Source: a virus (lineage: Duplodnaviria; Caudoviricetes). Taken from it: DNA of 64,000 bases. The translations under genes were made by a program, and so were the position numbers. Below, piece after piece: positions 1 to 10,400 of the stretch. Where the stretch lies: positions 13,062-77,061 of the IMG/VR virus record IMGVR_UViG_3300025018_000136; one strand, 5' to 3'. Within the stretch, counting starts at the first letter, position 1; every line of letters starts with the position of its first letter. Below the pieces are notes generated by a model. That model did no database searches and was not told where the DNA came from. It was given only the letters and a program-made list of their open reading frames with translations.

Positions 1-2
1 TA

Positions 3-998
3 GAAAAATTAGAAGGACAAAAATTCTATGTTAAAAGTATAGATGGTTCTATTTCTACAGCTGAATGTTTTAAATCTAAGAACGATAAAGAATTAATAGA
101 AATAGAATTTAATAAAGGGATAAGTGTTAAATGTACAGAAGAACATCGGTGGCCTATCTACAAAGCACAAAAAAGTGAAGGAACACTAATAAAAACTTAT
201 GCTAAAGATTTGGTTGTTGGAGATTTAATTCCGCTATCAAGAAACGAACCACCTAGAATTACAGATGGAAACAACGACTTAACAATAGATGATGGATTCT
301 TTTTAGGATATTTGCTTGGCGATGGTTGGATTTCTACAAGAAAATCTGAAAACAATGTTGGAGAAAAGGTGTTGGGTTTTACATTTGGAAAAGATTCTCT
401 TCACTTATCAGATAAAATTCTAAATACGTTAAACGAATTTGGTAGTAAATGCAATGTAACTATCAACGATAAGGGATATGGAAATATACAAACATCAAAC
501 CAATCTGTTATAAAGAAAATAGAAGAAACGTACGGATGGTGTGGAAAAGACAAGATACCGACAAGTGTGTGGACTTCAAATGATAGATTTATACATGGAT
601 TTATAGATGGATTATTAAGTAGTGATGGTTGTGTTAGTAAAAACACCATAATTTTAGTAACATCAAGAAAGAATTTAGCTAAAGAATTCACAAAATTAAT
701 ATCTTTTTTTGGTATAAAAAGCTCAATATTAGAAACAACAACTACTGGAAACTTTCCAAATAAGAAAGATTATGATAAAACATACACGGTTTATAGAATT
801 AAATTTTCAGGAACACAATTTTTAATGAGTGGATTGACTATATCACATAAAGAGAAACAGAACATAAAAAAGGGTTCCTATATACAAAAGTCTAATACTA
901 TAAAAAATATTAAACGCATACCAAATGAAGATGTTTGGGATATAACAGTTTACGATGACACTCACGTATTTCCATGTGAATATGTATATACAGGAAAT
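3..998 (+). mobile_element. Intein with LAGLIDADG endonuclease in RNR (N-terminus outside window)
   Basis: Block B KCTEEHRW; LAGLIDADG motifs LGYLLGDG and IDGLLSSDG; ends VYTGN then Cys+1 (nt 999-1001). Confidence 0.9.
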
Positions 999-1889
999 TG
1001 CGGAGAGCAACCATTGGAAAATATGGAAATGTGTAACCTTGTAGAGACTTATCCTGGAAAACACGACACTTTAGCTGAATGGATTGAGACGCTCAAATAC
1101 GCATATCTATATGCTAAAACAGTGACTTTATTGCCATCGCATAATGAGATTAGTAATGCTGTAATGATGAGAAATAGACGTATTGGTTGTAGTATGAGTG
1201 GTATCACACAAGCGTTTACTAAGTTTGGTAGAAGAGCAATGCTTGAAGCTTCAGATAAAGGATATAATAAGATACAAGATTGGGATAAAAAATATTCTGA
1301 TTGGCTTTGTATTCCTAGAAGTATTAAAGTTACAAGTATTAAGCCAAGCGGAACTGTTAGTTTGCTTGGAGGAGTAACTCCAGGAGTCCACTATCCTGTT
1401 AGCGAATATTATATTAGAAATATTAGATTTCAAGAAGGGACACCTCTATTAGATAAGCTTAGAGAATCTGGCTACAAAGTAGAAAAAGATTCTTATAGTC
1501 TTAATACTTGGGTTGTTAGTTTTCCAGTTAAAGAAGAGTTCTTCGATAGAGCTGTTACAGAAGTATCTATTTGGGAACAACTAGAAAATGCTGCCCAGAT
1601 TCAAGAATATTGGGCTGACAATCAAGTGAGTGTGACAGTTAGTTTTAAACCAGAAGAAGCAGAACAAATAAAATATGCTCTTGAAATGTATGAGAGTAGA
1701 TTGAAAAGTGTTAGTTTCTTACCTCACAAAGAGCATGGTTATGTTCAAGCACCATATATTCCTATTACAAAAGAAGAATATGAAAAGATGAATAAAGAAA
1801 TTAGTGATGTTCGCGTCAAAGACAACGTCCACGACCAAGTTGAGAAATTTTGTGACGGAGATACTTGTCTTGTTGAGATTAAAAAATGA
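3..1889 (+). CDS. nrdJ: Class II (adenosylcobalamin-dependent, monomeric type) ribonucleotide reductase, 5'-truncated by the window, intein-containing
   Basis: Frame is open from nt 3. C-extein has CGEQPL (active-site Cys), RNRRIGCSMSG, SIKPSGTVSLL and a C-terminal Cys pair (FCDGDTC). Confidence 0.93.
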   Translation, partial: EKLEGQKFYVKSIDGSISTAECFKSKNDKELIEIEFNKGISVKCTEEHRWPIYKAQKSEGTLIKTYAKDLVVGDLIPLSRNEPPRITDGNNDLTIDDGFFLGYLLGDGWISTRKSENNVGEKVLGFTFGKDSLHLSDKILNTLNEFGSKCNVTINDKGYGNIQTSNQSVIKKIEETYGWCGKDKIPTSVWTSNDRFIHGFIDGLLSSDGCVSKNTIILVTSRKNLAKEFTKLISFFGIKSSILETTTTGNFPNKKDYDKTYTVYRIKFSGTQFLMSGLTISHKEKQNIKKGSYIQKSNTIKNIKRIPNEDVWDITVYDDTHVFPCEYVYTGNCGEQPLENMEMCNLVETYPGKHDTLAEWIETLKYAYLYAKTVTLLPSHNEISNAVMMRNRRIGCSMSGITQAFTKFGRRAMLEASDKGYNKIQDWDKKYSDWLCIPRSIKVTSIKPSGTVSLLGGVTPGVHYPVSEYYIRNIRFQEGTPLLDKLRESGYKVEKDSYSLNTWVVSFPVKEEFFDRAVTEVSIWEQLENAAQIQEYWADNQVSVTVSFKPEEAEQIKYALEMYESRLKSVSFLPHKEHGYVQAPYIPITKEEYEKMNKEISDVRVKDNVHDQVEKFCDGDTCLVEIKK

Positions 1890-2266
1890 GAATAGCGATT
1901 ATAGGAAGTAGAGAATATCCAGATAAGGATAAAGTTATTAGGTTGCTCGATTATTTTGTTGAGCAATATGATGATTTTATTCTTGTTACTGGTGGCGCTA
2001 GAGGAGTAGATACTTGGGCAATTGATTATTGCGGAGATAATAATATAGATGTTGAAATTATTAGACCACTAAACCCAAACAAAAAAATAGATTATTTGTT
2101 TAGGAACGTGGAGATAATTACTAAAGCGGATTTAATAGCGGCTTTTTGGGATGGTAAAAGTAGTGGTACAAAATTCGTTATAGATTATGCTGTTGGAAGA
2201 GGTAATAAGGAGTTGATGGTGTATGAAACTGATATGGATAATGGCGGCGTTGATTCTGTTTACTAG
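1886..2266 (+). CDS. SLOG/YspA-like (DUF2493-type) nucleotide-binding protein
   Basis: RIAIIGSRE, LVTGGARGVD and IAAFWDGKSSGT motifs; ATGA coupling to RNR. Confidence 0.8.
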   Translation: MRIAIIGSREYPDKDKVIRLLDYFVEQYDDFILVTGGARGVDTWAIDYCGDNNIDVEIIRPLNPNKKIDYLFRNVEIITKADLIAAFWDGKSSGTKFVIDYAVGRGNKELMVYETDMDNGGVDSVY

Positions 2267-2441
2267 TTGTGTACCAATAGGTAAAGAAGAACACAGTTTC
2301 TTTATCGACAACTATACAGATTGTAAATATAAATGTATGAATGATTATACTAATTACAATTGTTCAAAATACGTTTATGAATGGGTGGAAGTAAATAAGA
2401 CAGGTAATTGTACATGTAGTGTTGGTGGGTGTTTAATATGA
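2223..2441 (+). CDS. Small Cys-rich secreted lipoprotein
   Basis: Signal peptide ending FTSC (lipobox-like), seven further Cys, N-X-S/T sequons NYT, NCS, NKT, NCT. Confidence 0.6.
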   Translation: MKLIWIMAALILFTSCVPIGKEEHSFFIDNYTDCKYKCMNDYTNYNCSKYVYEWVEVNKTGNCTCSVGGCLI

Positions 2442-3400
2442 GTGATGTGTGGAAAGAATTTCTAAAACCAGTAAAGATTAATAAAGACCAACGGACGAAG
2501 ATTCTTGCTGGTAAAGCTGGTTCTCATGCTGGAAAAGTTAAATTAATAAGTATCTTTGGTAAGATTCCAGACACTATCTGGGATGTTAAACATACAGAAA
2601 AACTTGACATGGGAGAAAGAACTCAACAAAAAGTTTCTACTGAGCATCGTAATGATACGCTTAAGACTTTTGATAATTCTACAAGAAATCAGAATGTTAG
2701 ATGGAAAGGTGCTATAAGTATTTTCCCTAAAGGAATACTAGACCAGTTACTTGATTTCTACACTGAAAGAGGGGATGTATTCTTTGACCCTTTCGCAGGA
2801 CACAATTCTAGAATGGAAGCTTCTTTTAGAAAAGGACGACATTATATTGGTTATGATTGTAGTCATGATTTTATGGAATTTAATAGGGAAGTAGCCTCAA
2901 AACTTCTTAAAGACAACCCAGAAAAGATGACAATTAAGTTACATGAGAAAGATAGTAGACTTATTGATGACCCAGACAACAGTATAGATTTCATTTTTAG
3001 TTCTCCTCCTTACTGGAATATTGAATGGTATGGAGATGAAAAGGAACAGCTTGGAAATCTTTCATATGAAGATTTTATGAAAGACATTACAGACATCTAT
3101 GCTCAATGCTATCGTGTTCTTAAGCCTGGAAAATTCTGCATCATTAATGTTAATGACTTCAGAAAGGGGGGAGAATACTATAGTTATCACGTTGATACTG
3201 TTAACGCTTTAAAAAGCGTTGGTTTCAAACAATACGATATGGTTATTATGAAGTATGCTAATGCTATGCGTAAGAGTTTTCCAAACCAGATTTGGGAAGA
3301 GAAGCTCATGCCAAAAAGTATAGAATACATTATAGTTATGTATAAGCCACCAGAAGGACCTCATAGCGCGGTTTATCCATTCACACCAAAAGAAAAATGA
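2438..3400 (+). CDS. DNA N4-cytosine/N6-adenine methyltransferase
   Basis: SAM-binding DPFAGHNS followed by catalytic FSSPPY; ATG at 2438 overlaps the upstream stop. Confidence 0.85.
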   Translation: MSDVWKEFLKPVKINKDQRTKILAGKAGSHAGKVKLISIFGKIPDTIWDVKHTEKLDMGERTQQKVSTEHRNDTLKTFDNSTRNQNVRWKGAISIFPKGILDQLLDFYTERGDVFFDPFAGHNSRMEASFRKGRHYIGYDCSHDFMEFNREVASKLLKDNPEKMTIKLHEKDSRLIDDPDNSIDFIFSSPPYWNIEWYGDEKEQLGNLSYEDFMKDITDIYAQCYRVLKPGKFCIINVNDFRKGGEYYSYHVDTVNALKSVGFKQYDMVIMKYANAMRKSFPNQIWEEKLMPKSIEYIIVMYKPPEGPHSAVYPFTPKEK

Positions 3401-4029
3401 TAAAGAATGAAGATTATAGGGAAACTGTAAAACATCTTGGTGAAGTAGATTACGTATTCACTGTGCCACCAGATTTTGATGAACTTGGTCTTAATCCAAA
3501 AACTCAATTAAAAGATTATTATGAGTTCATATACGAATTATTATATCATATGACTAATTGTTCAGACTTAATAACCATTGCTATCACTGATAGGAAATTT
3601 GATGGCGGAATAATTCCTAAGCATATGGTTATCATGGAACATATGATTGAACATTTTAAATGGAAATTGTTGTCCCATAAGATTTGGCATAAAAGCCCTA
3701 AACGAAATCTTTATAGATTAAATTATACTCATATAATGACTTTTTATTGGGGTGAAAAACCAAAACAAACACATCATAATCTTTATGAGTATGATGTTTA
3801 TATAGATAAAGAAGACAAGTTCCACAAATATCCATATGGTATAGCTTTAGGCGTTGTTGATAAACTTATTAAGAATTTTCAAGAAGTAGAAGTAGTTTAT
3901 GACCCATTTATGGGAAGTGGAACTACTGCTGTAGCATGTGTAATGAATGGAAAACGTTATGTGGGCAGCGAGATTAATAAAGAATATTTTGATTTATCTC
4001 AAGCAAGATTAAAACAACAGGTGATATAA
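3397..4029 (+). CDS. Beta-class DNA methyltransferase-like protein with atypical motif IV
   Basis: N-terminal FTVPPD at the motif IV position; C-terminal YDPFMGSGTT...YVGSEIN (motif I). Confidence 0.75.
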   Translation: MIKNEDYRETVKHLGEVDYVFTVPPDFDELGLNPKTQLKDYYEFIYELLYHMTNCSDLITIAITDRKFDGGIIPKHMVIMEHMIEHFKWKLLSHKIWHKSPKRNLYRLNYTHIMTFYWGEKPKQTHHNLYEYDVYIDKEDKFHKYPYGIALGVVDKLIKNFQEVEVVYDPFMGSGTTAVACVMNGKRYVGSEINKEYFDLSQARLKQQVI

Positions 4030-4033
4030 ATTG

Positions 4034-4441
4034 ATGAAAACAGTTGCAGTAAGTGGATATTTTGACCCTCTTCATGTAGGACATCTAGAATACTTTAAGC
4101 TGGCAAAACAACTTGGCGATAGACTTGTAGTAATTGTGAATAATGATGAACAAGCAAAACTTAAGAAAGGTAAATCTTTTATGTCTGAAGAAGATAGAGT
4201 TGCAATTATTAAAGAACTTAAAGTAGTAGACGAAGTGTTTTTATCTATTGACGACGATTCTTCTGTTTGTAAGTCTTTAACTTTTATACACCCTGAAGTT
4301 TTTGCTAATGGGGGAGATAGAAAGAATCACGAAGTTCCAGAAACACAGGTGTGCAGAGAATTAAATATTGTTATAGTTGATGGTCTCGGAGAAAAAATAA
4401 GAAGTAGTTCTGAGATTATCGGAGAAATTAAAAATGAATAA
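4034..4441 (+). CDS. Cytidylyl/adenylyltransferase (TagD/RfaE-C-like)
   Basis: VSGYFDPLHVGH (HxGH), LVVIVNND, FANGGDR, SSS motif. Confidence 0.88.
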   Translation: MKTVAVSGYFDPLHVGHLEYFKLAKQLGDRLVVIVNNDEQAKLKKGKSFMSEEDRVAIIKELKVVDEVFLSIDDDSSVCKSLTFIHPEVFANGGDRKNHEVPETQVCRELNIVIVDGLGEKIRSSSEIIGEIKNE

Positions 4442-4874
4442 ACTTTTTTATATAATTGGAATTGTTGTTTTACTCTCTTTGATGTTTGTTTTTGCATATG
4501 ATTTCACCATTGTAAATGAAGGGAATGGTTGGTATTCATTCCCAGAAGGGAGCAATGTAACAGTTAATGGAGATAGCGTTGATAACTTCATATTTAGCGG
4601 AAGTATATGCGCATACGAATATAATAATGTTAGTTATGAGTGTATGATTGATGCATGGGATGAAATTGTTGTAACTATACCTACAAACTATACATATCTT
4701 GTTACAAATCAACTAATAGGAGACTTGATTGGTGAATATTGGGATAATTGTGAAAATTGGGGCGTATCACAATTTATTTATTGGTTTAACACGCATTATT
4801 ATAAAGCAGATATTAACAGCGATGGTTTTTGGAATCTAATTGATGTTGGTATGTATGCTCAAAACTACATGTAA
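4434..4874 (+). CDS. Secreted/membrane protein with C-terminal dockerin-like Ca-binding loop
   Basis: N-terminal hydrophobic segment; ADINSDGFWNLIDVG; sequons NVT, NVS, NYT. Confidence 0.55.
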   Translation: MNKLFYIIGIVVLLSLMFVFAYDFTIVNEGNGWYSFPEGSNVTVNGDSVDNFIFSGSICAYEYNNVSYECMIDAWDEIVVTIPTNYTYLVTNQLIGDLIGEYWDNCENWGVSQFIYWFNTHYYKADINSDGFWNLIDVGMYAQNYM

Positions 4875-4882
4875 GATATAAA

Positions 4883-5182
4883 ATGGCAAAAACACTAGTA
4901 GAAATTTGTAATGCTGAATGGGAAGTTAGAGAGATAAAATCTGACACCATAAAACAAAGGATGGGATATGAATGTGACGCCTATACAGATTATGATAACC
5001 AAAGAATTTATCTAGCTAGGGAGTTACATCCTCATAGAAAAGGAGTAGCACTAACTCATGAATTTGGGCACGTTATTCTTGATTTTATTGGAGTTCCAGA
5101 TGAGCAACACGAAGACCTTATTCGAAAGGTAGAACATTCATTATATCAATTAGTTCAACAATTTCCAGAGGTTTATAAATGA
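4883..5182 (+). CDS. HExxH zinc metallopeptidase-like protein (ImmA/IrrE-like)
   Basis: ALTHEFGH motif plus a downstream Glu. Confidence 0.65.
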   Translation: MAKTLVEICNAEWEVREIKSDTIKQRMGYECDAYTDYDNQRIYLARELHPHRKGVALTHEFGHVILDFIGVPDEQHEDLIRKVEHSLYQLVQQFPEVYK

Positions 5183-5562
5183 ATCTATTAGACCATTTTA
5201 AAGCTGTACAAAAAGGTGCTCGCCCACCAGAAGAATTCCTTCTACAGTTATATAAATGGTTTTCTTCTAAAGAGGGAAATATAGAGGCTATGCAGAAGAT
5301 AAATAAGAGATTTATGTACGGTAATCGAAACATTTATATAACAGAACTTGCATTAAATATAAGTGTAAAGGGTTTTATGCGCTTCCCTAAAAAGCCCAAC
5401 GAGGGATTGCCAATGTTTTTTCTAGAAGATGCAGCAAAACTATATGGTTGGACAATTAGGGAGTTAAAGCAAAATTTTTCTGTTATAGATTTAGAACAAC
5501 TTAAGATAGAAGTATCTAAACAGTTCGGCTATAGCAAGAGTGAAATAAAACAACTTCACTAA
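5179..5562 (+). CDS. Hypothetical protein, possibly clamp-loader small subunit-like
   Basis: Size, replication-module context and weak resemblance (GFMRFPKK; KQFGYSKSE). Confidence 0.3.
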   Translation: MNLLDHFKAVQKGARPPEEFLLQLYKWFSSKEGNIEAMQKINKRFMYGNRNIYITELALNISVKGFMRFPKKPNEGLPMFFLEDAAKLYGWTIRELKQNFSVIDLEQLKIEVSKQFGYSKSEIKQLH

Positions 5563-5580
5563 TAGACTGCAGGGGTTATA

Positions 5581-7473
5581 ATGGCGAAAAAAGAAGAAAA
5601 GACACTCGAAGAACAAGTTTTTGACGAAATTAAAAGATTAGGACTTAGTCCCACAGAAGCTAAGAAAGTATTAGGCCAACTACAGGGCACAAATCCAAGA
5701 AAATATCATGGTAAGAAAATTAATGGTAATAGTAAGACAAGTAGGTTTGGTGTACTTAGCGACCAACATATGGGGCATCATAATTATAGAGGCGACGTAT
5801 TAAGGGATGCGGCAAACTATTGGTCTAAGTCAGGTATTGATTTTATATTATTCCCAGGAGATACTATTGAAGGTATGAGTAATAGAGATGGTCACATTTA
5901 TGAACTTGATTATATAGGTGTTAGTGCTCAGATGGATTTTTTTGGAAAAGAGATGGAGCAATTAAAAGATTGGAATGTATATGCCATTGAAGCACAAGAT
6001 AGTCATGGTGGTTGGGCTCATAATAAGGCTAATCAAGGATTAAATATTGGCGAAGAACTTGAAAGACGTGCTGACAATTATCATTTCTTAGGTTATGATG
6101 AACAAGACCTTATGGTCGATAACATTGCATTAAGACTTAGACACCCTGGTGGAGGAACAGCTTACGCGTTATGTTTTGATGATAAGACAGAAATATTAAG
6201 TGAGAATGGGTGGAAATTATTCAAGGAATTATCACCACAAGAAAAAGTAGCAACATTAAACCTCAAAAATGACGAGTTTGAATGGCAAACACCAACAGAA
6301 TATACTGACGAACACTATAATGGAGAAATGTTGCATTTTAACAGTAGAACTGTAGATTTGTTAGTGACACCAAACCATAGAATGTTAGTAAGAAAATATC
6401 CAAATAATTTATTACAATCAAGAAGTAAAATATTAACTTATCCAACAAAATCACACAGAAGAATATCTTTTGATTGGGTGTTTAAAGAAGCAAAAGAATT
6501 AGTTAATGCTAAACGACAAGAATGGCAAATGAAAAGAACTTCTTCTAAATGGAATGGTGAACTAACCGAATTTATAGATATTCCAGAGAGAAAAGTTAAA
6601 AAATTTGGAAAAAGACAGTCTCCGAGAATTGAAAGAATTCACATTGATGATGTTGCCGAATTAATTGCTTGGTATGTGACAGAAGGATATATAAGAGATT
6701 CACTTATAGAAATAGCTCAACACAAAAAAATAAATCCACATAATTATTCAGAAATACTTGATATGTGGAGAAGAATAGGACTTACTCCCAAAGAAGATAA
6801 AAATAAACAACACATTAAAACATATTCTCTAGAGTTGGCAGAATGGCTTGTTTCAGAATGTGGCTCTGGAAGTAAAAACAAACATCTTCCAAAATGGTTA
6901 AAGAATCAACCACAGGACGTCCTGAGAGTAATATTTGATACTATGGTGAAAGGAGATGGTTGGAGTGGTTCTCAAATAGGCTATAGAAGTATCAGTAGAC
7001 AACTATTAGATGACTTCACAGAAATATCTTTGAAGCTTGGTTATGCTGTCTCGACAAATAAAGATTCGGTAAGTGTTTCAGAGAAACAAGTTTTACCAAC
7101 CATTAATAAAAAACCAGAAGTGATAGAATATACTGGAAGGGTTTACTGTGTTAGCGTTCCGAACACCACACTCATGGTGAGACGAAATGGTAAAGCTATA
7201 TGGTCTGGTAACAGTTATAAAATGCAAAAATATTTAGAAAGTTTAGCAGGTGGAGAGAAACCAAATGCAGTATTCCAAGGTCATTTCCACAAAGCAAATT
7301 ACATGTTTTATAGGAATATACATGCAATTGATGCTGGTGCATTACAAGACCAGAGCCAATTCATGAAAAAGAAAGGAAGTCCTTCAAATGTTGGATTCTG
7401 GACAGTTGAGATGGAATACGATAAGAAGGGCATAACTAGGTTTAAACCCGAGTTTACAGCCTACTACGATTAA
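5581..7473 (+). CDS. Calcineurin-like metallophosphoesterase, intein-containing
   Basis: SDQH, PGD(T)IEG, DSH, RHP and GHFH metal-binding motifs, split by an intein. Confidence 0.85.
   Translation: MAKKEEKTLEEQVFDEIKRLGLSPTEAKKVLGQLQGTNPRKYHGKKINGNSKTSRFGVLSDQHMGHHNYRGDVLRDAANYWSKSGIDFILFPGDTIEGMSNRDGHIYELDYIGVSAQMDFFGKEMEQLKDWNVYAIEAQDSHGGWAHNKANQGLNIGEELERRADNYHFLGYDEQDLMVDNIALRLRHPGGGTAYALCFDDKTEILSENGWKLFKELSPQEKVATLNLKNDEFEWQTPTEYTDEHYNGEMLHFNSRTVDLLVTPNHRMLVRKYPNNLLQSRSKILTYPTKSHRRISFDWVFKEAKELVNAKRQEWQMKRTSSKWNGELTEFIDIPERKVKKFGKRQSPRIERIHIDDVAELIAWYVTEGYIRDSLIEIAQHKKINPHNYSEILDMWRRIGLTPKEDKNKQHIKTYSLELAEWLVSECGSGSKNKHLPKWLKNQPQDVLRVIFDTMVKGDGWSGSQIGYRSISRQLLDDFTEISLKLGYAVSTNKDSVSVSEKQVLPTINKKPEVIEYTGRVYCVSVPNTTLMVRRNGKAIWSGNSYKMQKYLESLAGGEKPNAVFQGHFHKANYMFYRNIHAIDAGALQDQSQFMKKKGSPSNVGFWTVEMEYDKKGITRFKPEFTAYYD
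6172..7212 (+). mobile_element. Intein (347 aa) with LAGLIDADG endonuclease
   Basis: YAL|CFDDKTEIL, VTPNH block B, IAWYVTEG and MVKGDG motifs, ends IWSGN|S. Confidence 0.92.
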
Positions 7474-7497
7474 TTTAAACATTATGGTGATGTACTA

Positions 7498-10400
7498 GTG
7501 TATTTGGTGGAGTCTAAGGAAAACGAGAAGAATACGGATATATTCGTTTTTGGTCGAAACGAACGTGGTGAGAAGCAGGTTAAAAAAATAACTAACTTCT
7601 TTCCGTACTTCTACGTTTCCGAGGACTCCACTGTTCCTTCTGATTATAGGATAACTAAAATAGAAAAAGGCCACAAAAGTATTCTTGGAGAACCTTTAAA
7701 GAAAATATATTGTAGAAAACAAGGAGATATAGGACAACTTCGTGAAAGGTTCACAAAGCATTATGAAGCAGATATTCCAGTCACTCAAAGATATATAGTT
7801 GATGAAGTAGGAGAAATAGACCCTTATAAATTAAAAACTTTATATCTAGATATAGAACTGAATACAAAGGTTGATTTTCCAGATATGTTAGACCCAGACC
7901 AAGAGGTTGTATGTATATCATTTATTGATGATTTTACAAATAAACCATATACAATCCTTTATAAACCAAAAGACCACGACATTATTCCTAAACCAACACC
8001 AAATCTTAGGATAGTAAACAGTGAAGAAGCTTTACTAGCAGCTACAATAAATTATATCAAAGACTCAGACCCAGACATTATAAGTGGTTGGAATTGTTTA
8101 GATAAAGATACACACATACACACACTAAACGGATTAAAAACTCTCGATAATATTTCTGTAGGAGATATTTTGGAGAATGGAGATTCCGTATTAAAAAAAG
8201 CGCATAGTAAAAAAAGAGTTGTTGAATTTGGTAGCAACTTTGGCATTATACGAACCTCTAAAGACCACAAATTCTTGGTTGTTGATACACCATATAAATA
8301 TAAATCATTGCTAGCATTGAAAAAAGAGAAAGGAGAATTCAAAAAAGTAGAAAATGTTAAAAAAGGATTCTTAAAATTAGAATATGATACGAATAAAAAC
8401 AAAGATACGGACATATCAGACTTTGATTTGTATTTGTTGGGCATAATATATTCTGATGGAACAATTGGAAGGAATAGAATAAGCGTGTATAATAATAATA
8501 TTGATATAATAAATCGTATTTATAAAAATAGAGAAGAAAATGATGCATCTGTTATTACTACAGATAAAAGACACACAAACACAACCTTCAGAATAACAGT
8601 AAAACGAAAAAATATTAAAAATCTAGATATAGTTTATAATGGATATAAAAAAGAACTTAATATAGAAAAACTATCAACTCTTTCACCAAGACAATTTGCT
8701 GTATTTTGTTCCGGTCTTATTGATGGAGATGGTAGTTATTCAATGATTCAGGTAAACCAAGAGACATCATATAAAGAAACTAATGGTTTTCACAATCTAT
8801 TAATATCAAACGGAATTATAGGGTCTAGACACAAAACTACTGGGCAATATAGTAATAGATTTCATATAATATCCGTAGAAAACGATGATGTTCTATCAGC
8901 ACTAGAAAATAATGTTATAAACTCATATAAAATAAAAAAAATTAAGAAATCAACAAAATTAAACAGAAGTACTAAAATACCAAAATATTTTATAGACCGC
9001 AAAGAGAAAACAATATATACGTATATAACTACCAATAATATAACAGATGACTATGCAGATATGGTAGATATAGAAACTACATCACATACGTTTAAGACAC
9101 CATTTATTACACATAACTGCGACCATTTCGACCTAGTTTATCTTATAAGACGTATGGGTAAACTTGGAATAGAATATGGGGAAATGTCACCAATGTGGGG
9201 AGTTTATATTGATGAAAAGTTTGAAGATGTTACTATTAAAGGACGTGTAGTTCTAGATATGATGAAAGCTTACATGTATTTCAGAGGCATCTCAAATCAA
9301 GGACGTGCTGAATCTTATTCGTTAGAGTTTACTGCCCAAGACGTTTTAGGGCGTGGAAAGATTGAACATTTAGAATCTTTCTACGACATGTGGGTTAATT
9401 ATCCAGACAAGTTAGTAGAATATAACGTACGCGACGTTGTATTAGTTAATGAGATTAATAGGGAGTTGGAGATTATAGATTTCTTTAACTCTATTAGGTC
9501 AAAAGCTTGTACGCAACTTAAAAACATATATCAAACAACAGCTCTTATTGATGGATTACTATTAAACAGAACAAAGGGTAAAATGGTTTTACCAAGTAAG
9601 AACTTTGTTGGTGGAGATAAATATACAGGAGCATATGTATTTGAACCAAAACCTGGGGTGTATAATAATATACTTGCGTTAGACGTAAAAGGCATGTATC
9701 CTAATATTATTAAAACATTTAATATGGGGTATGAAACTTTCAACAAAGAAGGTTCAATAAAAATTACGAAAGACATAGCATTTGATGACGGCATAGGTTT
9801 AATATCGGAAACAATTAGAGATTTACAAGAAGAACGTGCTCATTATAAAAGTATTATGAAAAAAACTAAAGATAAAAGAGAGTGGAAAGTTGCTCACTTT
9901 AGACAGTACGCAGTAAAAGTTCTTATGAACAGTATTTATGGATATCTAGGTTTTCCAAAGGCAAGACTTTATAAAAAAGAAGTTGCTTTTGCAGTTACTC
10001 ATATGGGGCAAAAACTTATTAAATGGACTCAAAAATTCTTAATAGACAAAGGATACGACATTGTTTATGGTGATACTGATAGCGTCTATGTTCAATCTAA
10101 GAAGAATACTAAAGTGTCAATGCTTATAGAAGGGAATAAATTGGTTCAAGAAATCAATGAATCTTATAAAGAGTTCTCTTCTAGTTATGGAGCTAAAGAT
10201 TGTACTTTAGAGATGGAGTTTGAAAAAGTTTTTAAATCGATTATTTTTGTTGAAAAACGTGGAGGAAATGGTGGTGCAAAGAAGAAGTACGCATATATTC
10301 CTTTATGGATTGATGGTAAAGATGTAGATGGTAGTGTTGAATACACAGGTTTTGATACAGTACGCTCAGACATACCAAGAATAGCAAGAGAAGTACAAAA

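Noticed and set aside
5581-7473. Assignment as PolD small subunit DP1
   Set aside because: Only the phosphoesterase core is present, with no OB-fold region recognised and no DP2 in the window.
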